Part shown: positions 18,301 through 27,323 of the stretch, in pieces | How the letters are laid out: the number at the start of each line of letters is the position of its first letter | Position numbering within the stretch: position 1 is the first letter of the stretch | IMG/VR virus record: IMGVR_UViG_3300001041_000009 | Coordinates: 1 to 64,000 of that record | Length of the DNA: 64,000 nucleotides | Source of the DNA: an uncultured virus (IMG/VR IMGVR_UViG_3300001041_000009) | Taxonomy: Duplodnaviria; Heunggongvirae; Uroviricota; Caudoviricetes | Strand: one strand, 5' to 3' | Notes under the pieces: model-generated | What the model saw: the letters and a program-made list of their open reading frames with translations, nothing else | Database searches by the model: none | What the model was told of the DNA's origin: nothing | Position numbers and translations under genes: made by a program

Positions 18301-21300
18301 CTATTTGTGGAAAAAGGTCGTGTGATATCCCAAAAGGGATTTAGTGGGATGAACGAAGATAACGCTTATACCCAAGATAAGAGAGCGTATGATGAAACTA
18401 TGTTAGGTATTATAGCAATATCAACGTCACCCGACGCAAACTGTGGTATCGTTAGACAGTTAACATTAGAACCTAATATAGTTAGTCCGAGGGGTTATAT
18501 TGACATAAAGAATGATCAATTGGATAAATTAAAAGATTCAAATTTATTTTCTCCTGCTGAATTATTATCACCATTGGGTGTAACACGGGATAAATTACTA
18601 TTGTCCCTTTATGTAGAAATACATAATAAGAATCCTTTTAATTGTCGGGGAACCCCTTAGAGCTTTATAATATAAAGATTGGGCAATCCGCAGCCAAGTC
18701 TCTATAAAAAAATTAAAGAAGTTGAACCTCTTTAATTTCAAATGGTTTATCATTAGATATATAGAATGATTTGTTATTATTATACTCATAGTCGATAAAT
18801 GTATTTTCATTACCTGTAACTACATACATATAGACATATCGATACTTTTTAAAATGTGGCTCTAATGATTCGATGTCTGTAGTAAAATATATTCTATTTT
18901 CAGAGTATAAAAATTCATCTCTACTTTTAAATGATGATTTTAAAAAATCATATTTAGTTTCGGATACATGATATAAAAGAGTACCGAGTTTAAGTTTATG
19001 TGATTTAATTGGTAGATGGTCAATACTGATATTTCCACGCCTTTCAAATATTTTGGAGATATAATGATTTAGTTTACCATATGTATTAGTTAATTGAGTA
19101 TAGAATTCTATATACTGATCGAAGTCTGTTATATTATGGATATCATTTATTATCATATCATATCAATTCAACTCCATTATTTTATTATATTCAAGTATAT
19201 GATATATAAATTCAGAGTATGATATTACTATTTTTTATAGAGAAAGGTTCAACGACTAGAGTGTAAACTCGTAGGTTTATTTATAAGCCGAAATGGAGGA
19301 CATCTAAACATGTAACTATGTAGATGAAGATATAGTCTGTCATTTATGGAAACATGAATGGTTACGGATAGTACAAGAACTGCGATGAATAATACTGTCG
19401 CATAAGTATAGTAATATATTTAAAGTCATTTCTTTAATTGACGGGAAACTCCTTAGAGCTTTATAAGATAAAGATTGGACAATCCGCAGCCAAGTCTCTT
19501 TATAAGAGGAAGGTTCAACGACTAGAGTGTGAACTCGTAGATACTTTATGTATCGAAATAAGAAACTCCTTTATATAAAAAAAATAAAGGACGAAGATAT
19601 AGTCTATTATCCTAATGAAAGTTAGGGAAGTTCGTAAGAGAACTGCATGTGCTAATAACTCATGTGCATGAAAGGGCCAGTAAACAATCGAAGCATATCA
19701 TACCTATTGTAAAATCATCACCTGTTTTAATATCTAATGGTGCGGAACAAGTTATTCAATATCATTTATCAAATGACTTCGTTATTGTGGCGAAACAAGA
19801 TGGTATTGTAGAAGAAGTTAATGATGCTAATGGTTTAACTATTATTAGATATAAAGACAATTCTATACAAGCTATTGATACTTCAACTAAAGTAGTTAAA
19901 AATGGTAAACTAAAATGCCCTTTATATGTGTGAATGTATAAAGAATATCCTTTAATTGTCGGGAAACTCCTTAGAGCTTTATATAATAAAGATTGGACAA
20001 TCCGCAGCCAAGTCTTATAGTAAAAAAAGAGAGGTGATATAAAATCACCCATATAGTATTAATAGATTATCCGTGATATGATGGCATGTCAAGTATTCTT
20101 GGGTCGGCACATAGATAATGATGAATCTGTCTGAGTTCTTTACGTAAAACCATATTATATGGATTCTCAGTCCATTGTGATGGATACATAGATTGATAAG
20201 TGGAACGCTGTAAATCAATGAACTCCTCAATATATAAATTGAAGAGATATAGATTCTTTTTTACGATGAAGGCGTCATATGCCTTAGCCTCATCACCGTT
20301 ATATTGTTTTAAGACACTAAGAAATCGATTATAGAAAAATCTGTTGGTTAACTCAATGGCATTTTCTTGAAATAATTCATCGTCTTGTGCAGTTTGAATT
20401 AAGTTCATTAAAATATCCTTTGGTGTAATCATAGTAAAACACTCCCTAATTATTTTTTACCTAAACGACTGAGAATACGAAGCAACATAAAGAATATAAT
20501 AACGTGGAACATAGTAATTATTTGGCTCCTTTATTTTATTATCTATTAATATAATATATACTTATAATCTTCTATATTACTATAAGACAGGTTCAACGAC
20601 TAGAGTGAGAACTCGTAGATATATTTATATATCGAAATAGGGATCATCTTTATAAGATGAAGATATAGTCTAGTATCCTAATTAACATTAGGGAAGTTCA
20701 TTTGAGAACTGTATAGGTTTATAATCTATATGAATATAATGGCTGGGGGTTTCTATCTATCAAATAAATTAACATGTAATCTAGTTAAAGGTCAAAAATT
20801 TAAACAAAAAGATATACTTGCATCGGATAGTAAATTCTTTACTGATAGTAAAATAACTGGTAATAGATTTAATATTGGATCATTACAAAAAGTTGCATGT
20901 TTATCAACATATTCTACCTTTGAAGATTCTGCTTTTATAACAAAGAAATTGGGTAGAGAAATGGCGGCAGACATTGTTATGGAAAAAACTGTTGCTCTAG
21001 GTTTAAATGCGAATGTTGACTATATGGTTGAGATAGGGCAGAAAGTTCAAGTTTCAGATGAACTTATCCGGTTCGAAGTTTCTTTTGATGACAACTCATT
21101 AAATAAATTTTTAGATTCTATTGGTAAGGAATTACGAGAAGATATTAAATCATTAGGGAAAACGCCTATTAAAACTAAGTATTCTGGTGAGATTGTAGAT
21201 ATCAAGATCTACACTACGGTTGAACTAGAAGAGTTAAGTCCCTCATTGAGAAAAATTGTATCTGATTATTATACTAGAATAAATAAGAAGAAAAATGTTC

Positions 21301-23483
21301 TCAATAAATATGATAAAGGGGATTCTATATATAAATGTGGCATTATGATGAACGAACCCACTAAAAAAATCGAATCTAAGGATGGTAAAGTTAAAGGTAC
21401 TGTAGTGGACCAAGGAGTTTTATTTGAATTTTATATTAAGTATAATGACGTGCTCGGGATTGGAGATTACATACAGTTTGTCTCCCTAGTATAGTGATAT
21501 ATTAGTAAAAAACTTCTTTAATTGCGGGGATATCCTTATTGCTCTATCTACTAATTAATTTTATATTAATGACTGGGAGTAATTAACCTAGTATAAGTAA
21601 TAATGATAAAGATTGGATGATCCGCAGCGAATGTGTTGTAAGAAAAATAACTAATAATATATGGCTAAACGTATATCTAATATAAAAATTAAAGAGGTGT
21701 TTCTATGAAATTATTTATAAATATTGTAACTGACCATGAGCAATGGAAAGATATAGTGTATAAAAATATCAAACCTAAGTATATGATTAGTGATCATGGT
21801 AGGGTAAAGAACATTGAACGAAATAAAATATTAGGATTTAATAACCCCGGTAATGAAAAAGGATATTGTCGTGTTGCTTTAGAGGTAGATAATAAGAAGT
21901 ACAAAAAATTTTCAGTTCAACGTTTGGTATTGATCCATTTTAATCCATTACCCAATAATATTATAGAAGAGTTAGAGGCTAATCATATAGATGGTAATAA
22001 ATTAAATAATAGGGTTGATAATTTAGAATGGGTGACTGCTAATGAAAATAAGGCACACGCCGCTAAGAATAACCTTTATGAGAATTGTGACAGACACTTT
22101 AAAGCATTCTTTACAAACGATGAAGTACATCAAATATGTAAATACTTTGTATTGGGATATAGTTTAACAAAAATAATTAATATATTTCATTGGGAAGATA
22201 GACCGAATATATTATCTATGTTATCTGAAATTAAACATAGAAAAAGTTGGAGAGCTATAAGTGATTTGTATGTATGGGATAATGATAAAATATATTATAA
22301 AACTTATAGTAAAGAAGATATTATTGAGATGAGTAATATGTTGATTCAAGGTATACGTATAAAAGATATATTACCTAAATTTGATTATGATTCAAAAAAA
22401 TTAAAAAATATGTTAAAAAAATTAAACCAGGGTAAATTATATAAAGGTATATATAAAGAATGTCTTACAACATATCGTTCAACGACTATCCTTTAGTGTT
22501 GAAATACACAATAGGAGTAGGGCCTAAATGGGTGGGTGAAATCCCCTTAAATCGAAATAAGAAGCATCTCTATCTAAGAAGTAATTACCTTATTAAGAGA
22601 TGAAGATATAGTCTAGTATCCTAAGGAAACTTAGGGAAGTTCCATATGTGAACTTATACATGCTTATGGACATGTATGAATATAAAGAAGATTGTCTATT
22701 TCACCGCTCTCAAGTCTATCATAGGGGAGGTGGTCGAGGAAGGTTTTGAACCATACGCCTTATCTCGGCCTAATGAAGAAATAAGTTCCACCATAGCACC
22801 GGGCTCAATTTTAGCGAGGATGGAATTCGTCCCATTGTATAGTGATATATAATGCAAACTTCTTTAATTGCGGGAAACTTCTTAGGGCTTTACTAATATA
22901 GATTGGACAATCCGCAGCCAATATTCTTACAAAAGAATAAGGTTCAACGACTAGAACGGTAGAGTTCTTAGATTTACAAGTGTGAATCAAAATAAGAAGC
23001 ATCTCTAATGAGATGATGAAATAGTCTGAACTTCTATTGAAAGATAGAGAAAGGATTTTATCCTTTATAATATTTAACGAATATTATTAACATTATTGGA
23101 CTCCTAGTATTCTATTAACCATGTTTGGCAATAAAGTCTTAATTGAATTAAAAAGAAAATTGCAAGAAATTTATACTAATAAACCATGGGAACCTATCAA
23201 AGAAGGTGTTGGTGTAGAATCACTTCCGAATTCAATATATAGTAAATGGGATGAAGATGGGAAAATGACATTCTATACTAGTAAAAAAATAAATTCTGGT
23301 GAAATAGTAAGTCCCTTATATGTAAATCATTGGGTAAATTATTTAGGTTTGCATATTCAATATGATCAAAATCCAAATTGTCAATTAGTCGGTGATGATT
23401 TAATAGCTGTTACTGATATTATGCCTGATGAAATATTGACAATTCCAGGTGATGTTTATGACGATATTCATCATGGTGGATAA
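15375..23483 (+). CDS. phage multisubunit RNA polymerase beta-like subunit, 7 exons: join(15375..18024,18308..18591,19367..19386,19675..19906,20742..21467,22688..22821,23099..23483), about 1476 aa, probably the virion RNAP
   Basis: The spliced frame is open (4431 nt) and restores beta motifs NPIVELEK, STSPDANCG, RDDSTRTAMASKQ, TFEDS, GIGDKIVYFTALKS and SILARMTPS. Every junction follows the exon-U / intron-G rule. Confidence 0.88.
18025..18307 (+). ncRNA. group I intron 1 in the RNAP gene (283 nt, no ORF)
   Basis: P1 GAAU/GUUC with U-G pair; core motifs TTAATTGCAGGAAAC, CAATCTGCATC, GTTCAACGACTA, GATATAGTC; terminal G. Confidence 0.88.
18592..19366 (+). ncRNA. group I intron 2 (775 nt) carrying an antisense ORF
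   Basis: P1 GGGAU/GUCCC; P10 UACUAUU pairs with exon start GAUAGUA; core motifs AATCCGCAGCC, GTTCAACGACTA, AAGATATAGTC. Confidence 0.88.
18713..19156 (-). CDS. intron-borne antisense protein, ADP-ribosyltransferase-like fold (tentative)
   Basis: LLYHVS...NRIYFT...YVYMYVVTG...KPFEIKEV parallels the Arr/ART motif order; RBS GGAG; TATATATCAT upstream. Confidence 0.55.
   Translation of the reverse strand: MIINDIHNITDFDQYIEFYTQLTNTYGKLNHYISKIFERRGNISIDHLPIKSHKLKLGTLLYHVSETKYDFLKSSFKSRDEFLYSENRIYFTTDIESLEPHFKKYRYVYMYVVTGNENTFIDYEYNNNKSFYISNDKPFEIKEVQLL
19387..19674 (+). ncRNA. group I intron 3 (288 nt, no ORF)
   Basis: P1 GCGAU/GUCGC; same core motifs; ends in G before G GCC AGT AAA. Confidence 0.88.
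19907..20741 (+). ncRNA. group I intron 4 (835 nt) carrying an antisense ORF
   Basis: P1 GGU/GCC; core motifs; stem GTCTTATAGTAA/TTACTATAAGAC encloses the insert; splicing gives KNG-AGGFY. Confidence 0.85.
20067..20432 (-). CDS. intron-borne antisense hypothetical protein
   Basis: 121 aa, RBS AGGGAG, exact early motif TATATATTAT at 20551-20560; no nuclease motif seen. Confidence 0.7.
   Translation of the reverse strand: MITPKDILMNLIQTAQDDELFQENAIELTNRFFYNRFLSVLKQYNGDEAKAYDAFIVKKNLYLFNLYIEEFIDLQRSTYQSMYPSQWTENPYNMVLRKELRQIHHYLCADPRILDMPSYHG
21468..22687 (+). ncRNA. group I intron 5 (1220 nt) with a homing endonuclease
   Basis: P1 GGAGAU/GUCUCC; core motifs; splits the GD|K motif. Confidence 0.9.
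21705..22496 (+). CDS. NUMOD4/HNH homing endonuclease
   Basis: EQWKDI...YMISDHGRVK (NUMOD4) and NHIDGNKLNNRVDNLEWVTANENKAHA (HNH_3). Confidence 0.9.
   Translation: MKLFINIVTDHEQWKDIVYKNIKPKYMISDHGRVKNIERNKILGFNNPGNEKGYCRVALEVDNKKYKKFSVQRLVLIHFNPLPNNIIEELEANHIDGNKLNNRVDNLEWVTANENKAHAAKNNLYENCDRHFKAFFTNDEVHQICKYFVLGYSLTKIINIFHWEDRPNILSMLSEIKHRKSWRAISDLYVWDNDKIYYKTYSKEDIIEMSNMLIQGIRIKDILPKFDYDSKKLKNMLKKLNQGKLYKGIYKECLTTYRSTTIL
22822..23098 (+). ncRNA. group I intron 6 (277 nt, no ORF)
   Basis: P1 GGAU/GUCC; close sequence relative of intron 1; splicing gives ARM-TPS. Confidence 0.88.
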
Positions 23484-23494
23484 ACTTTAAAAAA

Positions 23495-23531
23495 AATAAT
23501 AGACTAGCAATTAAGCTAGTCTATTATTTTT
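23495..23531. terminator. bidirectional terminator between convergent genes
   Basis: AAAATAATAGACTAGC-aattaa-GCTAGTCTATTATTTT. Confidence 0.8.
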
Positions 23532-23535
23532 AAGG

Positions 23536-24060
23536 TTATGTTACCTTTTTATAGTTACGTTCAAATGATACATGTGTAATTATTTCATGATCTGGGCATG
23601 ACGGAATGAATTCATGCATTCTGAGTTCAAAGAAAGATCTAAAATGACTTATACACTGTAGATATATTACTTCAAAGTTATTTTTCATAAAATTGAGTTT
23701 AGTAATTATATCCGGTTGTATAGATGATCGATACCAATAGTCCCCATCGACAATAATGTTACTATTATTAGATGGTCCGTTAATATCCAATTTATAGTAA
23801 ATTCTCCCATTAAGATATGAACCATCATTACAAATTTGAATCTTATCTAGTATTTTAGTATCCCCAAGAATTTTATTAAATATTTCTCTGTCAATATCGG
23901 TTATGACATTACGTTCTAGAAATGATAGAATTATCTTCACGGTATCTCTCCTAGAGAATTTACGGGTATTTTTCCGTTGAATATCAATTTGTTCTTCAAC
24001 TGAAAATGGCCGTTTGAATAAGTTAGTTTCACAAACGGCTGGTATTAATTTCTTTTTCAT
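23536..24060 (-). CDS. hypothetical protein, paralog of 24231..24584
   Basis: Shares KLIPA... and K.QI.NDGSY.N with its neighbour. Confidence 0.7.
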   Translation of the reverse strand: MKKKLIPAVCETNLFKRPFSVEEQIDIQRKNTRKFSRRDTVKIILSFLERNVITDIDREIFNKILGDTKILDKIQICNDGSYLNGRIYYKLDINGPSNNSNIIVDGDYWYRSSIQPDIITKLNFMKNNFEVIYLQCISHFRSFFELRMHEFIPSCPDHEIITHVSFERNYKKVT

Positions 24061-24230
24061 ATGGTATCCAACACCCCTTTCTTTATCGAGAATTAATTAT
24101 GGCTGCAATCTTATCCTCTGGAAGCATAAATAGATAAGCCTTATTACAACCCCTACCTTTATCTCGTAAGATATCACTCCACCGTTCCATCGTTAAATTT
24201 AGAAATATCACTTCAGCACTAGCAAGATAT

Positions 24231-24584
24231 CTAGGTTAATACTTCTTGATAGTTATACATAGGAAATCCTGATTTAATGCAACCAGTTTCTTGAATTCTA
24301 TCGGGCCGCACACCCAATACGAAATTCCTGTAACTTCCATCATTAACAATTTGGGTTTTAGATAATAACGACATATTATCTAAATAGAGGTCTATAAATC
24401 CTCTAGTATGCATTGAGATATTATTTCTTGAATAATTCTTTAAGACTTTTCTAACTTCTTTTAAACTAGTTGCAACCGTAGTGTTCTTTATATAATTAGT
24501 TCGGGCATCTTCTTCGAGTAATACATTTTCAACAATAGTCCAATCATAAGCTGGGATTAGTTTCATTTTAAATATCCTCCTCAT
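24231..24584 (-). CDS. hypothetical protein, paralog of 23536..24060
   Basis: MKLIPA...KTQIVNDGSYRN. Confidence 0.7.
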   Translation of the reverse strand: MRRIFKMKLIPAYDWTIVENVLLEEDARTNYIKNTTVATSLKEVRKVLKNYSRNNISMHTRGFIDLYLDNMSLLSKTQIVNDGSYRNFVLGVRPDRIQETGCIKSGFPMYNYQEVLT

Positions 24585-24999
24585 TTTTCATTTCTTTTGG
24601 ATGACATGGTATAGAGTTTTTCTCCAACGTTTTTGAAGGTAAAGTTAAATGAATAACCGGTGTATATTTCTTTTTCACAGAAGATATAAGCACCTCAGGA
24701 AGGAAATATTCTGGTTTCATATTAATATGAGGGACATTACATAGTCCAAGTAACATCGACGCATCACCAGTCATATTAGCTGATATAATTTCAGTATAAC
24801 CTCGGTTTAAAAGCCCGTGTCTTATTTCGATACCAACACTAGACTGGCTTAATCCTTCAGCAAGATATTTACTTTTCTTTACAACTCCTTCTTTGGATAC
24901 ATTACATTTAATATAGTCAAATTTACCATCGTTTCGTTCCACGAAGTATTTGACTACATCCTCTTGAGTACATTCTTTAACAAATTTAATTAATTTCAT
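24568..24999 (-). CDS. hypothetical protein
   Basis: 143-aa ORF with RBS AAGGAG. Confidence 0.7.
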   Translation of the reverse strand: MKLIKFVKECTQEDVVKYFVERNDGKFDYIKCNVSKEGVVKKSKYLAEGLSQSSVGIEIRHGLLNRGYTEIISANMTGDASMLLGLCNVPHINMKPEYFLPEVLISSVKKKYTPVIHLTLPSKTLEKNSIPCHPKEMKNEEDI

Positions 25000-25006
25000 T
25001 TCATTA

Positions 25007-25798
25007 TCACTTCTCCTTTAATTCTTGAATTCCAGAGAGTATTTTTAACCGGTTTAGTATGTCAGAAAATATACGCATATTTTTATTACATATATCGAAA
25101 CCATACTTTTTCCAGGTATTCAGGATCATAGTATTATGAATTTTGATTTCTTTTAAAATTTCAGATAAATTAGTCAATGCTAAGATATTAACTTTGTTTG
25201 AATCGATACAAACAGGAAACATCCATTTTCCAATACTATAATGCAGTCCCCCATATATATTACAGGGGATAAGTATCGAATAGTCGGAATGAATAATACT
25301 GGGCGCAAGTTTAGATAGTGTAAACTTAAAGTCATCAATATCAACCGATTGATAGTAGTAGTTATTCAGATACGGAACTATTGAATCATAGATGATTTCG
25401 TATTGATCTGTTATGTCGCCGATTACTTTATATTGAGTAGATTCATCAGTATAATCGAGGGTTAACATTTCATTATTAACGAATCCAATAACTTCGGATT
25501 TCCCTGTAAATCGTATAGCCTCAGTTATTCCATCAGCCAGAAGAATCTTATTTACAATATGCCCCTGAGAATGGAACTTAAAAGTCTCTATGATAAATTT
25601 CTCGTCAATAACAGGTAATGGATCGAAAACTAAACTATTTCCGGATGCAAAAATAGTCCTTTCCTTCTCATCTAGTTTATCTACTAAGGCATAGCCAGGT
25701 TTAGTTATACCTGAATTAGTTGCCGGTTTAACGATTTTACCCCGATTGTTGATTTTAGAAAATAGACCTCGTTCACTCTCTTTAAATAATAATAACAT
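25007..25798 (-). CDS. hypothetical protein
   Basis: Likely start MLLLFKES behind GAGGAG; early motif at 25848. Confidence 0.7.
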   Translation of the reverse strand: MLLLFKESERGLFSKINNRGKIVKPATNSGITKPGYALVDKLDEKERTIFASGNSLVFDPLPVIDEKFIIETFKFHSQGHIVNKILLADGITEAIRFTGKSEVIGFVNNEMLTLDYTDESTQYKVIGDITDQYEIIYDSIVPYLNNYYYQSVDIDDFKFTLSKLAPSIIHSDYSILIPCNIYGGLHYSIGKWMFPVCIDSNKVNILALTNLSEILKEIKIHNTMILNTWKKYGFDICNKNMRIFSDILNRLKILSGIQELKEK

Positions 25799-26082
25799 TA
25801 TTACCACACTCCTCTTTCTCTTTATAATATGTACTCTAACTAATAAGATAATATATAATTCAAAATCATTATGATCCAAAAAGCGAATAGGGCTGGCGGA
25901 TATCCGCCAGAATCTCCCTCTTTTATATTCGCATAGTCTTCACTTTTATAATATATAAATATATAGTTTTAAATTACTATTTATTCATATTTAAATTTAG
26001 GATCATATAAAATTAATATACTATTATAAATATATATTATTCTACTAACTACATAACAAATGTTTAAGAGGAGGTGAGGCAT

Positions 26083-26250
26083 ATGGGTAGTAAAATAAAT
26101 ATTGATGAATTTGTTATAGATGATGTATTTGATACCCTTAAGAATTTAGGTCATAAAGTGGCCATGAAGAAGGGTAAAAAGAAACATGGTAAGAATAAAG
26201 ACAAAGATGAACAAACTGATGGTAAAATGGTGATTAATATTAACGTGTAA
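26083..26250 (+). CDS. small basic protein (55 aa, not in the ORF track)
   Basis: MGSKINIDEFVIDDVFDTLKNLGHKVAMKKGKKKHGKNKDK...; RBS GAGGAGGTG; AACA-N6-TA at 26055. Confidence 0.7.
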   Translation: MGSKINIDEFVIDDVFDTLKNLGHKVAMKKGKKKHGKNKDKDEQTDGKMVININV

Positions 26251-26303
26251 AAACTTACACGTTAAACTTATTATTAATTAAATTAGTAGGAGGTAATGTT
26301 ATC

Positions 26304-26846
26304 ATGAGTACAGTCAAAACATTTCAGGAAGTCTTTGATGAGATCAAAGCAAACGTATCGATGTCAAAAAAGAACAAGCCGGTAAAATCATTCAGTCGGG
26401 CCGATTTCAATAAGTTGGCTACAGCGTTTTTGAACGAGGAAGCTTACGTTATTAACAGTGTCGGCACCAAAGATGGCGCTATGGTTACTAAGGAAGTTCT
26501 ACCTATCAAAGAATTCCGGAATATGCTCCGGGTTATCCTTGTTGACTTCGGTGTTGACAAGCAAGAAGCTCAGCGTGTTGTTGATGGATATGATATCCAT
26601 AATGTTGACGGCCTTTACGAAGTATGTTCCGAGCTGGTATTCCAGTATATTGCGGCTGGCAAGAAGTTCGATTTCATTCCGAAAGAAGATTTCATCGGCT
26701 CTCTCTCATTGAAAGATCTCGGCCCTTCGGTTGGAGAATTCCGTGATATCAAAACTAAGGATCTCATTAAGGTCAGTAAGAAAGCCCATAGCCTGCTTGA
26801 AAAACGCAGCAAGTGCCCGAAGTGGCTTAAAGAACGCGTCGTTTAA
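26304..26846 (+). CDS. hypothetical protein, probably highly expressed and possibly DNA-binding
   Basis: Strong RBS AGGAGGT; C-ending codon bias unlike neighbours; Lys-rich. Confidence 0.75.
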   Translation: MSTVKTFQEVFDEIKANVSMSKKNKPVKSFSRADFNKLATAFLNEEAYVINSVGTKDGAMVTKEVLPIKEFRNMLRVILVDFGVDKQEAQRVVDGYDIHNVDGLYEVCSELVFQYIAAGKKFDFIPKEDFIGSLSLKDLGPSVGEFRDIKTKDLIKVSKKAHSLLEKRSKCPKWLKERVV

Positions 26847-27017
26847 TTAGTTATCTTTGCCGCCGAGGAGAGCACGAATTAATCCTGGGAATTAGTCCTC
26901 CGTCGGGATTATCGAATCATACCAGCATACATTTTTTGGTTACTTATAATGACCTGCCGTCATTTCAACCAAAAGCTTAATTATGGTTCATTGCCACTCG
27001 GCGACATTTATTAAAAC

Positions 27018-27060
27018 TAAACCCCACAGAGTATCAATAAAAGATACTCTGTGGGGTTTA
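27018..27060 (+). terminator. long hairpin terminator
   Basis: TAAACCCCACAGAGTATC-aataaaa-GATACTCTGTGGGGTTTA, perfect 18-bp stem. Confidence 0.75.
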
Positions 27061-27152
27061 GACGTTTTCAATACTTGGTCTTAACTATGTATTTCACCTA
27101 GTATGTATTATCTGATATTTATCAGATATATTAAATAAAGGGGGTAATTGTT

Positions 27153-27320
27153 ATGACAGGTGGATTAATTGCCTTGGGAGTTGCTGGGGTAATTTTGGTA
27201 AAACGAAATATCATTAAAGAGGAAATCCGTAGAAGTACAACTTCAGCATTGGCTTTCTCAATTGGTGGTAGTCTTATCGTGATATTATGTGGACTGATAT
27301 ATTTAAAAGCTGGTATGTAG
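27153..27320 (+). CDS. small two-helix membrane protein (55 aa, not in the ORF track)
   Basis: MTGGLIALGVAGVILVKR...ALAFSIGGSLIVILCGLIYLKAGM; RBS AAGGGGG. Confidence 0.6.
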   Translation: MTGGLIALGVAGVILVKRNIIKEEIRRSTTSALAFSIGGSLIVILCGLIYLKAGM

Positions 27321-27323
27321 TAT

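Noticed and set aside
18307..23483. ORFs 18307..18660, 19649..19933, 20730..21494 and 23121..23483 as separate RNAP subunit genes
   Set aside because: Their ends run into intron sequence and they lack RBSs; they are exons of one spliced gene
15375..23483. Stop-codon reassignment or inteins as the cause of the fragmented RNAP gene
   Set aside because: Other genes are long under the standard code, the gaps contain group I cores and change frame, and no intein motifs are present
26858..27006. tRNA or tmRNA
   Set aside because: No cloverleaf, T-loop GTTC motif or CCA end could be identified
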